From sequence record OP380604.1: DNA of 64,000 nucleotides. One strand, written 5' to 3'. The notes under the pieces were generated by a model. That model was given only the letters and a program-made list of their open reading frames with translations, was not told where the DNA came from and made no database searches. This document shows, piece by piece, positions 61,968-64,000 of this stretch; the first letter of the stretch is position 1, and every line of letters begins with the position of its first letter. The translations under genes and the position numbers were made by a program.

Positions 61968-64000
61968 TTAGATTGAGACCCAAGGTTTTGCATCCAGAAT
62001 ACTAACTCTTGCTCCGGATCCTTTCGGTCTAAAAACAACTTTCTTGGTTGAGTTCAACTCGCTAAACCAAGTTTTAACAGTTTCGTTTTCCGGAATTCCA
62101 TATCCAAACGCATCAACTGATTGATTTGCGTTGAATGTTCCGATTAACTGTTCGTTATTATTGTTGTCGATCTGGTACAACTCAACATCAACGGAATTAA
62201 ATGGTCTTTTATTTCCTACAAATCTCAAGTAGGCAGTATACCCACTCTTATTTATAGTAGTGAAAAGATCCATTTGATGCCCGTCAATAAACCATGAGTC
62301 TTTCATTCTTCCTATTTGGAATTCTTCTCCTTTGGTTCCGTCCCATCCAAATATTCCTTCTTTCGCGTCAATCTCTGCGATTCTCACGTATTTAATTGCA
62401 CCGAGTTCGTTTTCAATAACGGTGAAAGTAGGCTGCACGGTTGAATAATAAGAGAGATCGTAACGTCTGCTATTGCAGAGTTTTGTGCTACTGTCGATAA
62501 GTTCAACGAGATAAATGTCGTTGTTATATCTTAATCCAGTTTCTCTTGCTCCGATAAGTTTGACGTATTCTGTTCCGTCCGGATTCCACGCTCCACTAAC
62601 AGATTTCCCGTTCACATTTAACGTGACGTTATTCCCTGTTACTTTAACAAAGATGTCCAAAACGTCTCCCACTTTAGCTCCGGTTTTCAGCGTTACCCCG
62701 GTATTCAATACTTTTTTGGAGTTATAAGAGAATACACGTATATCGCCAACGCTACCAAACTGATCAATGTTGATTGTACTTGTATCGTACTTATCGCCGC
62801 TGATAATAGGATTAACAGAATCTCGCAATTCACCGACTTTACATTTTACCCTAATAGCCCAGTCTTTTGGATCTGGTTTCCATGCGTTTTCTACTAACAG
62901 ATACCCTTTGTTCGTTGCATTGAACTGCGGTACCCATTGTAGTCTTGCATTTGTTTTCATGACAGGAGATTCTCTTTCGTCCAGCTTATATTCTTTGCCT
63001 TCGGTATTACTAATGATTGCGTGGGTGTATACCTCGCTCACATTAAGTCTACTAACAAAAACAGTCTCATTCGCTTTAGGACTAATTGTGCGAATGTAGA
63101 TTCCGTGATTATCTGTGGTCACGTTATAGCACAACGATCCCCTATTACGACCAGCCGGAAGACGTTTTATAACCGGAGCGTTACCGTCATGGGTATTAGA
63201 GTATCTTAGTTCATATTCCGTTTCTCCGGAAATATCAAAATCGATCCTCAACATCATTCCTTTCTTTGCGTCTATTTTAAGAACTGATCCACTCGGAGTT
63301 GTAGCGGTATTGAACTTATAAGACTTTGTATTCTGCTTCACAGCGGTAGTAAAGAAAGAAAAGTCATTTAGATTCACATTGGAATAAATTGTTCTGGACT
63401 TTCCTAATTCGTCTCTGATATAGTTGTTATATGCATCATAACGACTCACGTTATAATTTTTGTAATAACGATCATCGGCAGATCCGTCAAATGAGAGATC
63501 CCAGATATAGCCTTTGAAATACTCAATATTGTTATATCGAGCGCCAATTCGGTTTACTTGGTTTCCTTCTCTGATATAACCACAAATCAGATAGTCTGTG
63601 TTAGGAACAACTTTCATTCCGTTGGTATACGGCATGCCGTTAATAGTAGATACAACAATAGACCCGCCTACGTTAATAGAGTCCGCGCTATTAATATAGA
63701 TATAGCCGTATTTGTTATCTGTTTCGGTAGACGTTCTTCCTTCTAACACGTATTGGGCTTGTCCGGTTTTCTCATAGTTGAACTTAACTTGAAACTCTCC
63801 CGGGCCTTTCCACATGGGAATATCCGCGCATTGATTGACTCCATTGAATCCAGCGATTTGCTTGTTAATATCGATCCAGTCAACGTTGGTAACGGTTCCG
63901 TTTATTTTTGGCGATGTAACACATTCTATTCTGACTTTCATAGTCTTTGCGTTTTTACCAGCTTCTTCAACAATCCAAGCTCCCGACGTTGGAGACAGTG
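61968..64000 (-). CDS. Large virion protein with LamG/ConA-like domains, probable extended gp35 hinge (5' partial)
   Basis: The frame stays open from 63941 to the window end; it sits in the gene 35 position upstream of the gp36-like fibre; beta-sandwich pattern. Confidence 0.55.
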   Translation of the reverse strand, partial: LSPTSGAWIVEEAGKNAKTMKVRIECVTSPKINGTVTNVDWIDINKQIAGFNGVNQCADIPMWKGPGEFQVKFNYEKTGQAQYVLEGRTSTETDNKYGYIYINSADSINVGGSIVVSTINGMPYTNGMKVVPNTDYLICGYIREGNQVNRIGARYNNIEYFKGYIWDLSFDGSADDRYYKNYNVSRYDAYNNYIRDELGKSRTIYSNVNLNDFSFFTTAVKQNTKSYKFNTATTPSGSVLKIDAKKGMMLRIDFDISGETEYELRYSNTHDGNAPVIKRLPAGRNRGSLCYNVTTDNHGIYIRTISPKANETVFVSRLNVSEVYTHAIISNTEGKEYKLDERESPVMKTNARLQWVPQFNATNKGYLLVENAWKPDPKDWAIRVKCKVGELRDSVNPIISGDKYDTSTINIDQFGSVGDIRVFSYNSKKVLNTGVTLKTGAKVGDVLDIFVKVTGNNVTLNVNGKSVSGAWNPDGTEYVKLIGARETGLRYNNDIYLVELIDSSTKLCNSRRYDLSYYSTVQPTFTVIENELGAIKYVRIAEIDAKEGIFGWDGTKGEEFQIGRMKDSWFIDGHQMDLFTTINKSGYTAYLRFVGNKRPFNSVDVELYQIDNNNNEQLIGTFNANQSVDAFGYGIPENETVKTWFSELNSTKKVVFRPKGSGARVSILDAKPWVSI

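Noticed and set aside
1-64000. tRNA genes and CRISPR arrays
   Set aside because: No cloverleaf with T-loop consensus and no regularly spaced repeat-spacer array seen by eye. tRNAscan-SE was not run.

Overview
This window is a 64-kb segment of a T4-like (Straboviridae-type) myophage genome. The host is probably an aquatic gammaproteobacterium, but that is inference only. The + strand carries early and replication genes largely in T4 order: endonuclease VII (49), nrdA/B, nrdD/G/C/H, 55, 47/46, rpbA, 45/44/62, regA, 43, uvsX, 40/41/61, dUTPase, dexA, fused 39+60, rIIA/rIIB, ndd, 52 and asiA. The - strand at the right end carries a lysis cassette, two paralogous gp36-gp37 fusion tail fibres and a partial gp35-like gene. 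No tRNA, CRISPR array, intron or integrase was seen. The strongest leads are: (1) a 28-codon gene missed by the ORF track that encodes only the prepilin leader and N-terminal assembly helix of a type IV pilin, a candidate pilus or T2SS decoy; (2) a roughly 135-bp nested palindromic element present three times about 23-25 kb apart, each copy upstream of an early promoter; (3) a late-expressed fibre/adhesin cassette with CBM5/12-like repeats occupying the alpha-gt locus; (4) a NUDT16-like Nudix enzyme, plus CYTH and MazG-like enzymes; (5) short leader ORFs with good SD sites at the starts of 43, uvsX, rIIA and rIIB; (6) two alternative distal tail fibres sharing the same docking N-terminus. All family assignments come from remembered motifs; no database search was run.
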